Below are positions 14,205 through 25,165 of a stretch of 64,000 nucleotides of DNA, piece after piece (within the stretch, counting starts at the first letter, position 1; each line of letters opens with the position of its first letter). The stretch lies in assembly GCA_965153285.1 (NCBI GenBank), contig OZ229110.1; one strand, 5' to 3'. This stretch comes from Podarcis tiliguerta (Eukaryota). The position numbers and the translations under genes were made by a program. Below the pieces are notes generated by a model. The model made no database searches. It was not told the origin of the DNA and saw only the letters and a program-made list of their open reading frames with translations.

Positions 14205-14345
14205 CTATTTATTATTTATTATTATATTTATTGAATTTATATATCGCCCTATACCCAGAGGTCTCAGGGCGGTTCACAGAACAAAATCAAAATATAAAAC
14301 CACAAAATAGATAATCAAAATAAAAACAACCCAATAATACCCCTC
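14205..14345 (-). mobile_element. LINE (probably L2) 3' tail
   Basis: (TTTA)n-like tail followed by TATATCGCCCTATACCCAGAGGTCTCAGGGCGGTTCACA. Confidence 0.55.
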
Positions 14346-14640
14346 CATTGGATGCACACAAACATGTGTACCAACTTGAATTTCCATAGGTAAATTAGTT
14401 TGCCCCCAATTACACTTTACTTGTAAGGGCTCCAGCCTATAGTTTCAAGCAGCAGGATGGCACAGCTACTCAGTAGTAGACCTGTTCATGAATAAAGGCC
14501 CCAACCTGCCTTTTACCCTTCTTTGTATCTTGTGTTCCCCAGTTATTCCTTCATTATACTTTGTACATGAGTATTGCAAATGTGCATGGAATGTGCACAG
14601 AATATGTTGCTTGATCAGAGGCAGAGCAAAGTGTTTGGAG

Positions 14641-14828
14641 GAAGGGCCACAGCTCAATGGAAGAGCAACTGTTTTGCGTGCAGAAGGTCCTAGGTTCCAT
14701 TCCTAGCATCTCCAGGTAGAGCTGGGAACTGTCTGAAACCCAGGAAGATCACCTGCCAGTTGGTGTAAACACTCCTGAGCTAGATGGACCAATGTTCTGA
14801 CACTGTATAAGACAGCTTCCAATGTTCC
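14641..14828 (+). mobile_element. Squam3-type tRNA-derived SINE
   Basis: Degenerate A/B-box head (AGCTCAATGGAAGAGC...GGTTCCATTCC) and body GAGCTAGATGGACCAATG...GCTTCCAATGTTCC. Confidence 0.8.
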
Positions 14829-15356
14829 GTGAACATCTCAGAGCAGTCTAGAAAGCCTGGCATCCAAGAGAGAACCTTTTCATTAAGAAATGGCTGCACT
14901 GCAAGTGTATTTCTATATATTCATTACACTACCATGTTCTGTGAACCAGTCCCATGTTATGCTTTGCCCTGCTGAAAGGGTGGCCAATAGTAATAATGGG
15001 GGGGGGGGGGAATAAGTATATTGAGCGTATGAAGTCAATTAATTAGATGATTGTGCTTAACCACTAGAATAAGCCTCAGAGGGCTGAAAAAAAATAATGA
15101 GAAAGAAATTAAGAAATAATGAGAGACAGATACGGGCAAAAGAAGAGCAGCCTGCCAGAACTGGGGCATCTCTTCACTACAAACTTAAACCAATTAAAAT
15201 GCCACAGATCTCCACCCCCAAGAAATCCTGGGAATCATAGATCTGTGGGTGGGTGGGGCTAATATTCTCTAACAGTGAATTCTCAACATTCTAACAAAGC
15301 TATGGTTCTCACGAGTCTTTGAGGATGCCATAAGAAAGAGCTTTAAAACCAGCTTA

Positions 15357-15426
15357 GACAGAAGTGCCTGGCGTGCTCTGGTCCATGGGGTCACGAAGAG
15401 TCGGACCTGACTAAACAACAACAACA
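15357..15426 (+). mobile_element. BovB (RTE clade) LINE 3' terminal fragment
   Basis: GCCTGGCGTGCTCTGGTCCATGGGGTCACGAAGAGTCGGAC followed by a (CAA)n tail matches the recalled BovB 3' end. Confidence 0.85.
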
Positions 15427-17439
15427 TGTTTATATTGGCCTCCTTCACACATGACACGTGAGCCTTCTGAGATGGCACAGCCCTTTGTAGCACTCCCATA
15501 AATGCATGCATCATGTGCAGGTGCACAGAGCGAAAACGGCAGTCACTTTGCTACAGAGCAAAGCCATGGTTTGGGTTAGCATTAGGTACAGACCTAGGTT
15601 CATGGTTTGTCTCGCTCCAAACAAACCATGAGCTGTAGCCACTGTTTGTCCTTAGCTTACTACTTGTGGTTTGTTGGGTAGAGACAGACCACAAGCCTGG
15701 GTTTGCCCATGGCTTGGCTGCAGGTAGCAAAGCAGCCAAAGAACTTGAAGAGAAGTGGCTGTGGTTTTCACTCTGCACACATGTATGCTTAGCCATGTTC
15801 TGGCTTAGCATTGCATGCAAAATGAGCCAGTGTGATATGGCAATATGTGGTGCATGCTGTTTTAAATACAAAGGCTTGGTGTGGGGGCCATTGGGAGATG
15901 GACATCATCCCCTGGACAGTTATGTGGGCTGGATATAGCTAAATCTGGGAAAGCGTTTTCATAATAAGGGGATGTGGACTAATTAGCAATCATCGTTAAA
16001 AGAGCCACAGCTGATGCATTTGATATGACATGGCCATAAATTAAATTTTAGTAACTGCATTGTATTCCTGACACAGATATGGACAAGGCATGGCTACTGT
16101 CAGAGTGTGGCTGTTGTTTGTTGAATGAAGCAGTTATTGTTCCAAATTCTGGCTGATACCTTGACTGTGAGGAATTAAGCGCCTGAGTGGTTTGAAACAG
16201 GAGAGAAGTAATTCTGGAAAGGAGTTTTTACCTTCTGAATTTCATCTCAATTGTGCCTACCCAGGAAACGCCTCCCTATCTTTTTAATTCAGTTAAGGTC
16301 CTCTGCATTGATCAGTGTGACTAAGCACCATTATTGAGCTGGCTTCTATTGTGCTGATTATGCCACAAGTATGTACACAACACAGGATGTTTAAGGAGTA
16401 ATAGGTAACATCACCCCATGCTTGAATGGGAGCAGAGACCTTGATGTCCTTCATTGCATTGAGCCACATCTCCATACTGGCCCTAAATAAACAGCTGGTT
16501 CAATGGATGCTGCATATACTGCTCTACCAAATAGGAGACTCTCCATCCAGTTGTCTGAGCTGTCTAGTCTGAGCCCAAAATGGTAGCTGTAATTGAAGAG
16601 CTTGGGCTCACACTGCCTCTGGTTTTTCTTGAGGGTGGGGTGGGGGTAAGTGGGATAGCAATAGAAGTTGCTACTGAGGTATGTGATGTAAATTAGTATC
16701 AGAATCCACCATACATCACCTCCAGCTATGTTAAAAAGGGATGTGTTAACTGCAGTGGGACAGCTCTGTGCAAAAATTGGAAGGCAACAGCCAAACCCAA
16801 GGAAAGTAATGACTCAGAAAAGTAATGGAATTTGCTAACCTAGCCAGTACATTAACTGCATAACAGGATTCTATTGCGTCTTACATTTCAGTGCTTGAAG
16901 GATAGAGATCTGTTGCTCATTATGTGTCAAATGTCCTCTCTATTGCTCACGTAGATCACAAGTATCTGAATGTCTTTTGAAAATGTTTTATTTTTATTTT
17001 TGATTACATTTTTGTTAGTGTTGTTAGCCCACATTATTTTACTTTTAATTTTGTGATAGCTATGTTTTGCTATATGCATGTTATATTTTTTAAAATGGTG
17101 GGGAGCTAGAAATAGGGAAGAAGAGACTCGAGTAGCTTGAGCTCAGAGTTTATGATTTTGGGGTGAAGCAAAGATAAATTTATATTTTCACAAAGGCTTT
17201 GTGGATTCTTCCTATTCCTCTTGTTTAAGACAGGTTAAAATATTTTTGCTCCCGGCACATCGCTTATGACGCTGGTGTTCACTTCAGTAAACGCATACCA
17301 TGTGGATGATTTTTCCACATCTTTAGACAAGTTTGCATCATGGACCTGTTAGGGTTCCCAGGCACTTGTACACAAATGTTGAAAGATGAAGATACATCTT
17401 TGCTGTGAGGAACACTGGTGCGCCTGCAGCAGTCAGCAG

Positions 17440-17541
17440 GGAAAGGACCAAAAGTCAGTGGCAGAGCAGGAGGACCCATGCAAGAGGTCCCATATTCAAT
17501 CCCTGCCATCTCCAGGTAGGATTGGAAAGACTCCTGGACCC
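17440..17541 (+). mobile_element. Squam3-type SINE 5' half, truncated
   Basis: GTCAGTGGCAGAGC...TTCAATCCCTGCCATCTCCAGGTAGG...GAAAGACTCCTG. Confidence 0.65.
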
Positions 17542-17866
17542 AGGGGTGCCATCTATGGGGGGTGGGCTGAGGGCCCCCCTAAAATTTTCAAGGAGGGGGC
17601 TAGGCCCCCTCCATATTCCACAGGATCACCTGGCCTACCCATGTCTGCAGCAGGCCTTAGGTGTACAACTGGCACCACCAGGAGAAGGAGGTATTGCAAT
17701 ACTGCGATAGTCTTTCAGGGCTCCTGTCACCATTCAGGATTGTGTTGCACTATGTAATGTTTATATTCTCTCTCTGTCACATGCGTACACGCACACAGGC
17801 ATACATCCATCCACACAGAATTGCCTCGGAGAGCTTGTGTATAGCCTAAATGTTGTTCTTCTGCAG

Positions 17867-17962
17867 TACAAAGGGAAAGCAAACCTGCATGTATTTGAAG
17901 ACTGGTGTGGAGGAGCTGTTGGGCACCTAAGGAAGAACCTGCATTTCCCCCTCTATCCGCAT
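17867..17962 (+). CDS. B4GALNT4: B4GALNT4 exon ~4 ([32 protein letters not shown])
   Basis: ctgcag acceptor, gtaagt donor, 96 nt, phase 0/0; conserved peptide leading into the PA14 region. Confidence 0.97.
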
Positions 17963-18399
17963 GTAAGTACAAGTGATTCTGCAAGACGAAGAGGCCAGTT
18001 CCAGCATAACTTCCAGGAGGGGGGGTTCTGTTACTCTCTTTCTGTAGTAAATATCCGTAGCCACTGTTGCAGTAAATTTCCATTCTACTAGTAACTAGGG
18101 CATTTGACTTGATCTAAGTGCTAATGAAATCCACAAGTGTAGTTCCTCTGATTTCAGCAAGCCAGTATCAGGTATGGTAAGGTTTATCCCATGAGGTGTG
18201 TTCCTTCTGTTGCTGGACTGCAACTCCCATCACCCCTGACCATTGGGCCATGCTGGGTGGGGCTGATGGGAATTAGAGTCCCAGCAAGATTTGGAGGGCG
18301 CCACATTGACTGCCTCTGGGCTATGGTATCCCATTCCCATGTTCACATCCTTGTGCCTGCCCCAGCTTTAAGACAGACAAAATCAAAAAGGCTGACTTA

Positions 18400-19138
18400 C
18401 CGTATTTTTCGCCCTATAGGACGCACAAAGTGAAGGGGAGATCTGGGTGCGCCCTATGGGGCAAATGCAGGCTTTCGCTGAAACTTGGAGAGCGAGAGGG
18501 GTCGGTGCTCACCAACCCCTCTCGCTCTCCAGGCTTTAGGAAGACATCCGCAGCCTAGGCAGCCCTGCGGGAGGTCCCGCAGGGATGTCTAGGCTGCGGA
18601 TAGCAGCCTGCTTCCCGGAGCGTCGGGCGCCCTGAAAGCAGAGCGCCCGGCGCTTCGGGAACACATCCGCAGCCTAGGCAGCCCTGCGGGACGTCCCGCA
18701 GGGATGTCTAGGCTGCGAATAGCAGCCTGCTTCCCGGAGCGTCGGGCGCCCTGAAAGCAGAGCGCTCAGTGCTTCGGGAACACATCCGCAGCCTAGGCAG
18801 CCCTGCGGGAGGTCCCACAGGGATGTCTAGGCAACGGATAGCAGCCTGCTTCCCGGAGCATCGGGCGCCCTGAAAGCAGAGCGCCCGGCGCTTCAGGAAC
18901 ACATCCGCAGCCTAGGCAGCCCTGCAGGAGGTCCCCGCAGGGCTCCCCATGCTGCGGATAGCAGAGCGCCCCTCGCGCCGGGCAGACATCGGCCAGCCCC
19001 ACAAGCTCGGGGGACAGCAGGGAGGCGCAGCGCCGCCATCCCGCTGTTCCTCGACCTGGTTCGGTTTCCTTTATTTCCCCCCCAAAAAAACTTGGTGCAT
19101 CCTATGGGACGGAGCGTCCTATGGGACAAAAAATATGG
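18400..19138. mobile_element. Non-autonomous Tc1/mariner-superfamily (Tc2-like) DNA transposon, 739 bp
   Basis: TA flanks at 18398-18399 and 19139-19140; imperfect TIRs CCGTATTTTTCGCCCTATAGGACGC ... GCGTCCTATGGGACAAAAAATATGG. CCGTA termini are characteristic of Tc2-type elements. CpG-rich. Confidence 0.88.
18544..18962. repeat. 119-bp tandem repeat (3 full copies + 1 partial), each full unit forming two hairpins
   Basis: ACATCCGCAGCCTAGGCAGCCCTGC recurs at 18544, 18663, 18782 and 18901 (period exactly 119). Confidence 0.97.
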
Positions 19139-19459
19139 TACTTCTATGCAAGACACTGGCAATGCATTACTCCTATGATGACCCATCTGCTAAGGGCTCA
19201 TGCTACACATGGAACTTCTGAATGAATCTCCCCAAAAGACACTTGAGTGGGAGGAGGAATTTGAAGAGGAGGCTTGGCGGATATAAATTATTCTCTGTTT
19301 TCCAGTGTGTAAGCATGTTCACAAGACATTTTTATATCTTTTGAGCCAGGTTTTTGCAGGCAGCTGAGTAAATGCTGACTAGTGATGGGTCTACCAGCTT
19401 GTTATTGTATTGCTGTTTGATATATTTTAGCTGACGTTTCAGTTATTTAAACTTTTATT

Positions 19460-19886
19460 GTAGACAACAACAAGAATCCACTGACAGCATACAAATCAAT
19501 ATGGCTAACTTCACCCAACAACCCCCCCCCTCCACACATGAAAAACAAATCTCACTGCAGCCACTAAAGATAACTAACCATTCCCTAGGCCCCCCTCCAC
19601 CTCTCTCACTACCAAGGAAATATAATAAGTGAATAGAAAGAGAACCTACCCAAGGGGTGTGGATACAAAACACCACACATACACTAAGTAAAAGAATATC
19701 AGTTTTACCAGCCCAACCTTCCTCTCTCTCTCCCTTCTTCCCTAACCTTATACTGCATACAACACTAATGTCTCACAACAAATGTAATTGATCTATAAAA
19801 AAACACAACCTGGAAAGAGAGACAATGCCCATACTTTTGTAAATCATGAAAATCTTTAATAAAAATTATTTTTTTATTTAAAAAAC
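19460..19886 (+). mobile_element. Possible L1-like LINE 3' end
   Basis: A/C-rich segment ending in AATAAAA and an A/T tail; family assignment uncertain. Confidence 0.35.
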
Positions 19887-20067
19887 CCCCAAGTCTTTTA
19901 TTGTATGGTTTGATAGTGTGTTGAGGTGCAACCTGCAATTGGAGCAATAGAACTGATGAAGGGTATAATAAATATTGAACAAATGAATATAGCATACATT
20001 TGCTCAAGGCCTGTGTTGTGCAATATTACATTCAAACACTCTCTTCCTCTTTTCTTCTGGCTCTTAG

Positions 20068-20158
20068 ACCCGCACAACAGTGAAAAAGTTGGCTGTGTCA
20101 CCCAAGTGGAAGAATTACGGCCTCCGTATATTTGGGTACATCCATCCCTTCAAAGATG
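20068..20158 (+). CDS. B4GALNT4: B4GALNT4 exon ~5 ([30 protein letters not shown])
   Basis: cttag acceptor, G|gtgagc donor, 91 nt, phase 0/1; PA14 domain. Confidence 0.97.
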
Positions 20159-20659
20159 GTGAGCTGAATTAGCAACCCTTAACTCTGTCTGCAAAGCTGT
20201 GCTTCATTGCTGAGATCTCACCTTCTTCCCACTCAGAGATACCTTTGCCTTAAAGAAAACCATATGCATATTGTTGCCCCTGCTCCTAATCTCTCACAGT
20301 GGGAGTTATGGGAAACTGCAGAGGGACCCGCTCTCCGTTGCTTCTTTCTAGGTCAAGGGGCTTCATGCCATCAGAACGCCTCCAAATGCATCTCAGACTA
20401 GAGAAGTTCAGAAACTACCATCTCTCTGTCCCCCTTCCCCACATCCACCCATCAGTGACCAAGCATCATTCCAGGGGCTCTTGAGTCCCAAACCACAGCA
20501 TTCAGTAGACATTTGACACATTGACTTGAAAAGGCTTGTCTCTCTCAGCCACAACATGCCCAGCTCACCAGCACATGGAATCCTTATTGCTCAAGCCTCC
20601 TGCTCTCACCTGCTCCTGCAGCCCACCCTGCAGCTCAAATTTTCTTCTTTGCCTTGTAG

Positions 20660-20760
20660 GGGACTTCCAGTTTTCTGTAGCTTCAGATGACAACTCTGAA
20701 TTTTGGCTCAGTCCTGACGAGACTCCAGCCAATGCCCGTCTGGTGGCATTTGTGGGCAAG
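20660..20760 (+). CDS. B4GALNT4: B4GALNT4 exon ~6 ([34 protein letters not shown])
   Basis: ttgtag acceptor, AAG|gtggga donor, 101 nt, phase 1/0; contains the PA14 SDD motif. Confidence 0.97.
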
Positions 20761-22214
20761 GTGGGATCCATTTTTCGCTTTCTCTTAGCTTATCACATTG
20801 TAATAGGAAGGCCAATAGTGGCATTGTAGCATCTTTCCATGGAGAGATGTGCTTCTTGCTGTCTTCTTACAAGCAATGCCATCTGGCGTCATCTCCCTGG
20901 TTCCTTGCTGGGATAGTTAAATGTAAATGTAGCCAGTAGTATTGCCACTGGGAGCCATATAAACCTCAAGCCAACTCAGCTGTGATTCTTACATCTGGAG
21001 GCTGCATAATTAAAACCTGGACCTATTATAACACAAAACACAAATACGCGTGTATATGAGTCTGTTCTAAATGCTGTTGTGTTTCGATAGTAATGTTTTC
21101 CTGCAGCTGTGGCTCACAACCTGAGCCTTACACCTGGTTCGCTCAGTAACACTGATTTCAAGGTTAAGCCTGTGCACAGATGTGGCAGATATTTCTCTGC
21201 TTTGTTCTGAATGGGAAGGTAAAGCTCTTATTTCCACGGTGGCTGCAGAGAGAGCCTGTTCCACAGCCACGTTAACAAATGGAGAAATTATGGAAATAAG
21301 GAGCCCTTTTTGCCATATAAGGGGTGAGCAATGCACTTTGCCGTTTGATAGCCGGCAAAATGGTTTGGATTTAAAACATTAAACTTGGCTCATACCGTGA
21401 AAGCTTTGCTATGTTGGGAAGAAACAGGCTAAGGAGCGCAGCTAGGAACTAATGAAAGTATTGTCAGGTGGAGAGATCGGCAGTATTTCAAATTTCTGTT
21501 TAAGTCTTCCCTCCGGTGCAATGTCTTAAAAATGCTTGAAAGCAACTCAGCAAGTGTTTCTTCGCCCATGTTGTCAGCGTTTCCCTCTGGTTTTGCTCCG
21601 GAGCTTGGGATTTCCTGTGCCCAGGGAGAAACTGCATTCCTGTGCCATATATAAGCAGAGAAATAGAGACCATGGATACAGAGATGATGCAGATACTCAG
21701 GCGAGTCCCATTTCTAAGGCCATTCAGCAAAATCAATTTCTTTGACAGAGATAGCAAAGTATGATTGTGGCCTCAGGGCATCACTTGCTTAGTGTTACTG
21801 TTGCCCTTGTGTTCAATGCTAACAGCATGCAGGAGGTGATAAGGAATTAGTGCAGATTTCAGATTAGCGGGGTTAGACCTTTGACTAGGGTGGTTGCGGT
21901 TGTATATATTGTATATGTCTCTGCGTGTCATGCAAGCAATGAATCTGATAGTAATGAATCTGTCCATTCTGCTGGTTTCCCAGACTCTGCCCCTAGTTTC
22001 ACTCCATCACAAACAGGATTGTTTTCATCACTGAAGTGTTGGAGGATATCATTTTAGGGGTTTATAGCTAATAACTACAGGAAGAATTGTGTTTCATATT
22101 ATGTTTTAAAGGTATATCACCACTCCAACAGGCCTGTCTGTGTTTTGAACCCAAGACCTCTCACACACAACTTGAAAATGGTGGCCCCATGACTTATAGC
22201 CTTTAGGCCCAACC

Positions 22215-22569
22215 AATGCGCTGTGATCTAAACCACAGAGCCTAGGGCTTGCTGATCAGAAGGTCGGCAGTTCAAATCGCTGCAACAGCATGAGCTCCCG
22301 TTGTTCGGTCCCAGCTCCTGCCAACCTAGCAGTTCAAAAGCACGTCAAGTGCAAGTAGATAAATGGGTACTGCTTCAGCAGGAAGGTAAACGGCGTTTCC
22401 ATGCGCTGCTCTGGTTTGCCAGAAGCGGCTTAGTCATGCTGGCCGCATGACCCAGAAGCTGTCTGCGGACAAACGCTGGCTCCCTCAGCTTATAGAGCAA
22501 GATGAGCACATAACCCCAGAGTCATCCACAACTGGACCTAACGGTCAGGGGTACCTTTACCTTTACCTA
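22215..22569 (+). mobile_element. Sauria SINE (lacertid-type), near full length
   Basis: tRNA-like head (GATCAGAAGGTCGGCAGTTCAAATC), core GCCAACCTAGCAGTTCAAAAGCAC...GTGCAAGTAGATAAAT, and an (ACCTTT)n tail. Confidence 0.9.
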
Positions 22570-22855
22570 ATGCATGACAGTTGCAGACCTATGTCTGCTC
22601 TAAAGCGTAGGGGTGGAATGCTAATTAAGTCTCAAAGTAGGTATCTGTGTTAAATGCTGTTCTCACAACTGCCACTTTCCCCTCTTTTCAACTAGTGTTT
22701 ATATCCTAGCCAAGTTCATTTCCAGCATCAGCATGGGGGCAGGGAAGAGAAAATCCTGTCAGATGAGCTGTAAGAATGAAGTGAGGAGGGAAGGAACCAA
22801 TACCCTCCACTCCTATGTGCCCCTTTGGGAGTTTAAATCTCTCCCCCCCCCCCCT

Positions 22856-22915
22856 CGCTCGCTCGCTCGCTCGCTCTCTCACTCACTCACACTCACACAC
22901 ACTCACTCACACACA
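22856..22915. repeat. Compound (CGCT)n/(CACT)n/(CA)n microsatellite
   Basis: Direct reading. Confidence 0.85.
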
Positions 22916-23295
22916 TTTGAAGGCATGGGCCTGCTGCCCTGATCTGTCATCTCACCCATACGACTCCTTACTTTCATCACTGCCCCACTGCTATTGCCAC
23001 TTTCCCCTTCCCCCTCAAAAAATGTTTTTCTTCATATAAGTCAAACAACATATGCAACAAAAGAAACACTCCCCCATAGAAATTATGATGCAGCACAGAT
23101 GCATCAAAGAAAAGAAAAAAATCCAAATTATCCAATGCAATAAAATTAAAAATAGCACAGTATCGGAAATCAAACCAGCCGAAAGATTTTATTTGTTGTG
23201 TCCTCAAGATTATGAGTGTCTAACCTTCCATTTGAAATTCTACCAGTTTCACAACAGCTCCCTTTTTTTCCTAACGTTTTAGCAGTGCCCGCCCC

Positions 23296-23612
23296 CAGGG
23301 GCGTAGCGTGGGTTGTCAGCACCCGGGGCAAGGCAAGTAATTTGCGCCCCCCCCCCACTGCACTGTCCCTCCCCCAGATAGTCCCTCGCTCTCTCACCGC
23401 ACCGCACCGCACCGCACCGCACGCCTGGCACCCTCCCCTCCACAGTGGGCGGCGATCCGGCGGCTCGGATCGGATTCGCACAGCCAGCACTGCAGTGAGA
23501 GAGAGTGAGTGAGCCAGGTAGGGGCAGAGAGCTGCGAGTGCGAGCGCCCCCCCCCCCGGATGTTGTGCCCGGTGCGGCCGGCACCCCCTGCACCCCCCAC
23601 GCTACGCCACTG
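23296..23612. mobile_element. Young non-autonomous hAT element (Tip100-like termini), 317 bp
   Basis: TIRs CAGGGGCGTAGCGTGGG ... CCCACGCTACGCCACTG; perfect 8-bp TSD CCCGCCCC at 23288-23295 and 23613-23620; internal (GCACC)n. Confidence 0.9.
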
Positions 23613-24514
23613 CCCGCCCCAGTATACTTCAAAGGCTGCCTTGGTATTTCTGAAAGGTTTGGCACTGTCAGGCTATTCCAAATAGATCTATAGTCTGCAC
23701 TGAGTCTCTCAAGCCACCGGTGGGTAAAGCTGTTGCCAAGCAAAGATTGGAAATTTGTTTCACCATTTGATTGTTCTGCTAACAAATAAAAGTAAACAAA
23801 ATTAAATCTTCAGCATGCACAGACAAGAAATTCAATGCTGCAGGTCCCAGGACAGCTGTAGCTCACTCCCTTTTGTGCATTTTTAATGAAAGCTTAAAGG
23901 CCAGTGCTGAATCTTGTACATTTGCAATAGAAAGGTACAAGCCCTGCAGGATTGTGGCAACGCCTTTTAACCTACCCATTACAGAGCTGTCTAGTCATGC
24001 AGACCACACTGTGAGACAAAGCTTGTTTTTCCTTATATCAATTAACTCAGAGGTGACCTGATGGAAGGGATTCTCATTTGATCTAGTGGCTTGGGTTTTG
24101 TGTGGCTGATATTAATTGTTTAGGAAAACCTTAGTGATTTGATTTTTATAAGCACTTTGTAGCACTAGATACAAAACAGACCAGATTAGACACAACTAGA
24201 AGATTGGAAATAAAATCACACAGTGACAGGAAGAAACGTCTACCAGTTGAATTATGACAGCATTATATGAAGGGTTTTCACCATATTCCTCTTAGTATAA
24301 TTTATTTGCTTAGGAAATTAGGCATGGTTGCTGTGAATCAGCTTCAAGCTATTCCCCTGAAATGTACTCAAAAACCATGTGGACTGTGATGTTCTAATCA
24401 ACTTCGGCCAGTGCCATTCCTAATTTTCTTCTAGTTTTTGCGTATTGGTTTTGGCCTTTAATCAAAGATTGAATTTGGCCCCATATTCACATTCTTTCTC
24501 CTCTTCTTCTTTAG

Positions 24515-24582
24515 CTGGGCTCTGAGTGGACTGCCCCAGGAGAGTTCACAAAATTCAGCTCACAAGTTTCCAAGCCAATCCG
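24515..24582 (+). CDS. B4GALNT4: B4GALNT4 exon ~7 (LGSEWTAPGEFTKFSSQVSKPIR)
   Basis: Pyrimidine tract + tttag acceptor, CG|gtaggt donor, 68 nt, phase 0/2. Confidence 0.96.
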
Positions 24583-24939
24583 GTAGGTGTTGCTACCCTG
24601 TCCTTCTGCTCATTCTAGGCAGCTAAGGCTGCACACACACATGAAGGTACTTTGAATGTGCTTAAAAGGTATAGTGTGTACACAACCTACATATGCCTAC
24701 ACCATGTCCATATTTTGTTGTAGACCTCCGTGTGTGCGCGCGCGCACGTGTGCATATGTGTGTCCCATCTATCTGACTGGGTTCCCCCAGCCACTCTGGG
24801 CTGTGAGCATGTGAGATGTACTGCTAGCAAACACTTGCCCATATCCCCCAGCATCTGATGTTAAATGTGGTGTGAGAATGCCCTCTCCAGAGCCATCCAC
24901 AGTATACTGCTGAAGCCGTAGATCACACACAACTCACAT

Positions 24940-25165
24940 ACGGAACTCACAGCCACAAGATGCAATGGTGGCCACTAGCTTAGATCACTTTTCTTAAAAA
25001 AACTTTTTTGACAAATTCATAGAGGATAGATCTCTCAATGGTTTTTAGCTATGAAATTCCATGTTCACAAATAGTATACCAGCTTCTGGGGAGGCCTGTT
25101 GCCAGTTTGCTCCCAGAAGCAGCTGGCTCACCCAGGCTGGAAACAGAATGCTGAACATATCTAGT
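24940..25165 (+). mobile_element. CR1-type LINE 3' fragment
   Basis: GGAACTCACAGCCACAAGATGCAATGGTGGCCAC...GACAAATTCATAGAGGATAG resembles the end of CR1 ORF2. Confidence 0.6.

Noticed and set aside
14641-14715. Possible tRNA gene
   Set aside because: Degenerate A/B boxes run directly into a SINE body and no intact cloverleaf is evident; this is a SINE head.
18544-18962. CRISPR-like interpretation of the palindromic repeats
   Set aside because: The units are contiguous near-identical 119-mers with no unique spacers or cas genes, and they sit inside a transposon in a vertebrate intron.
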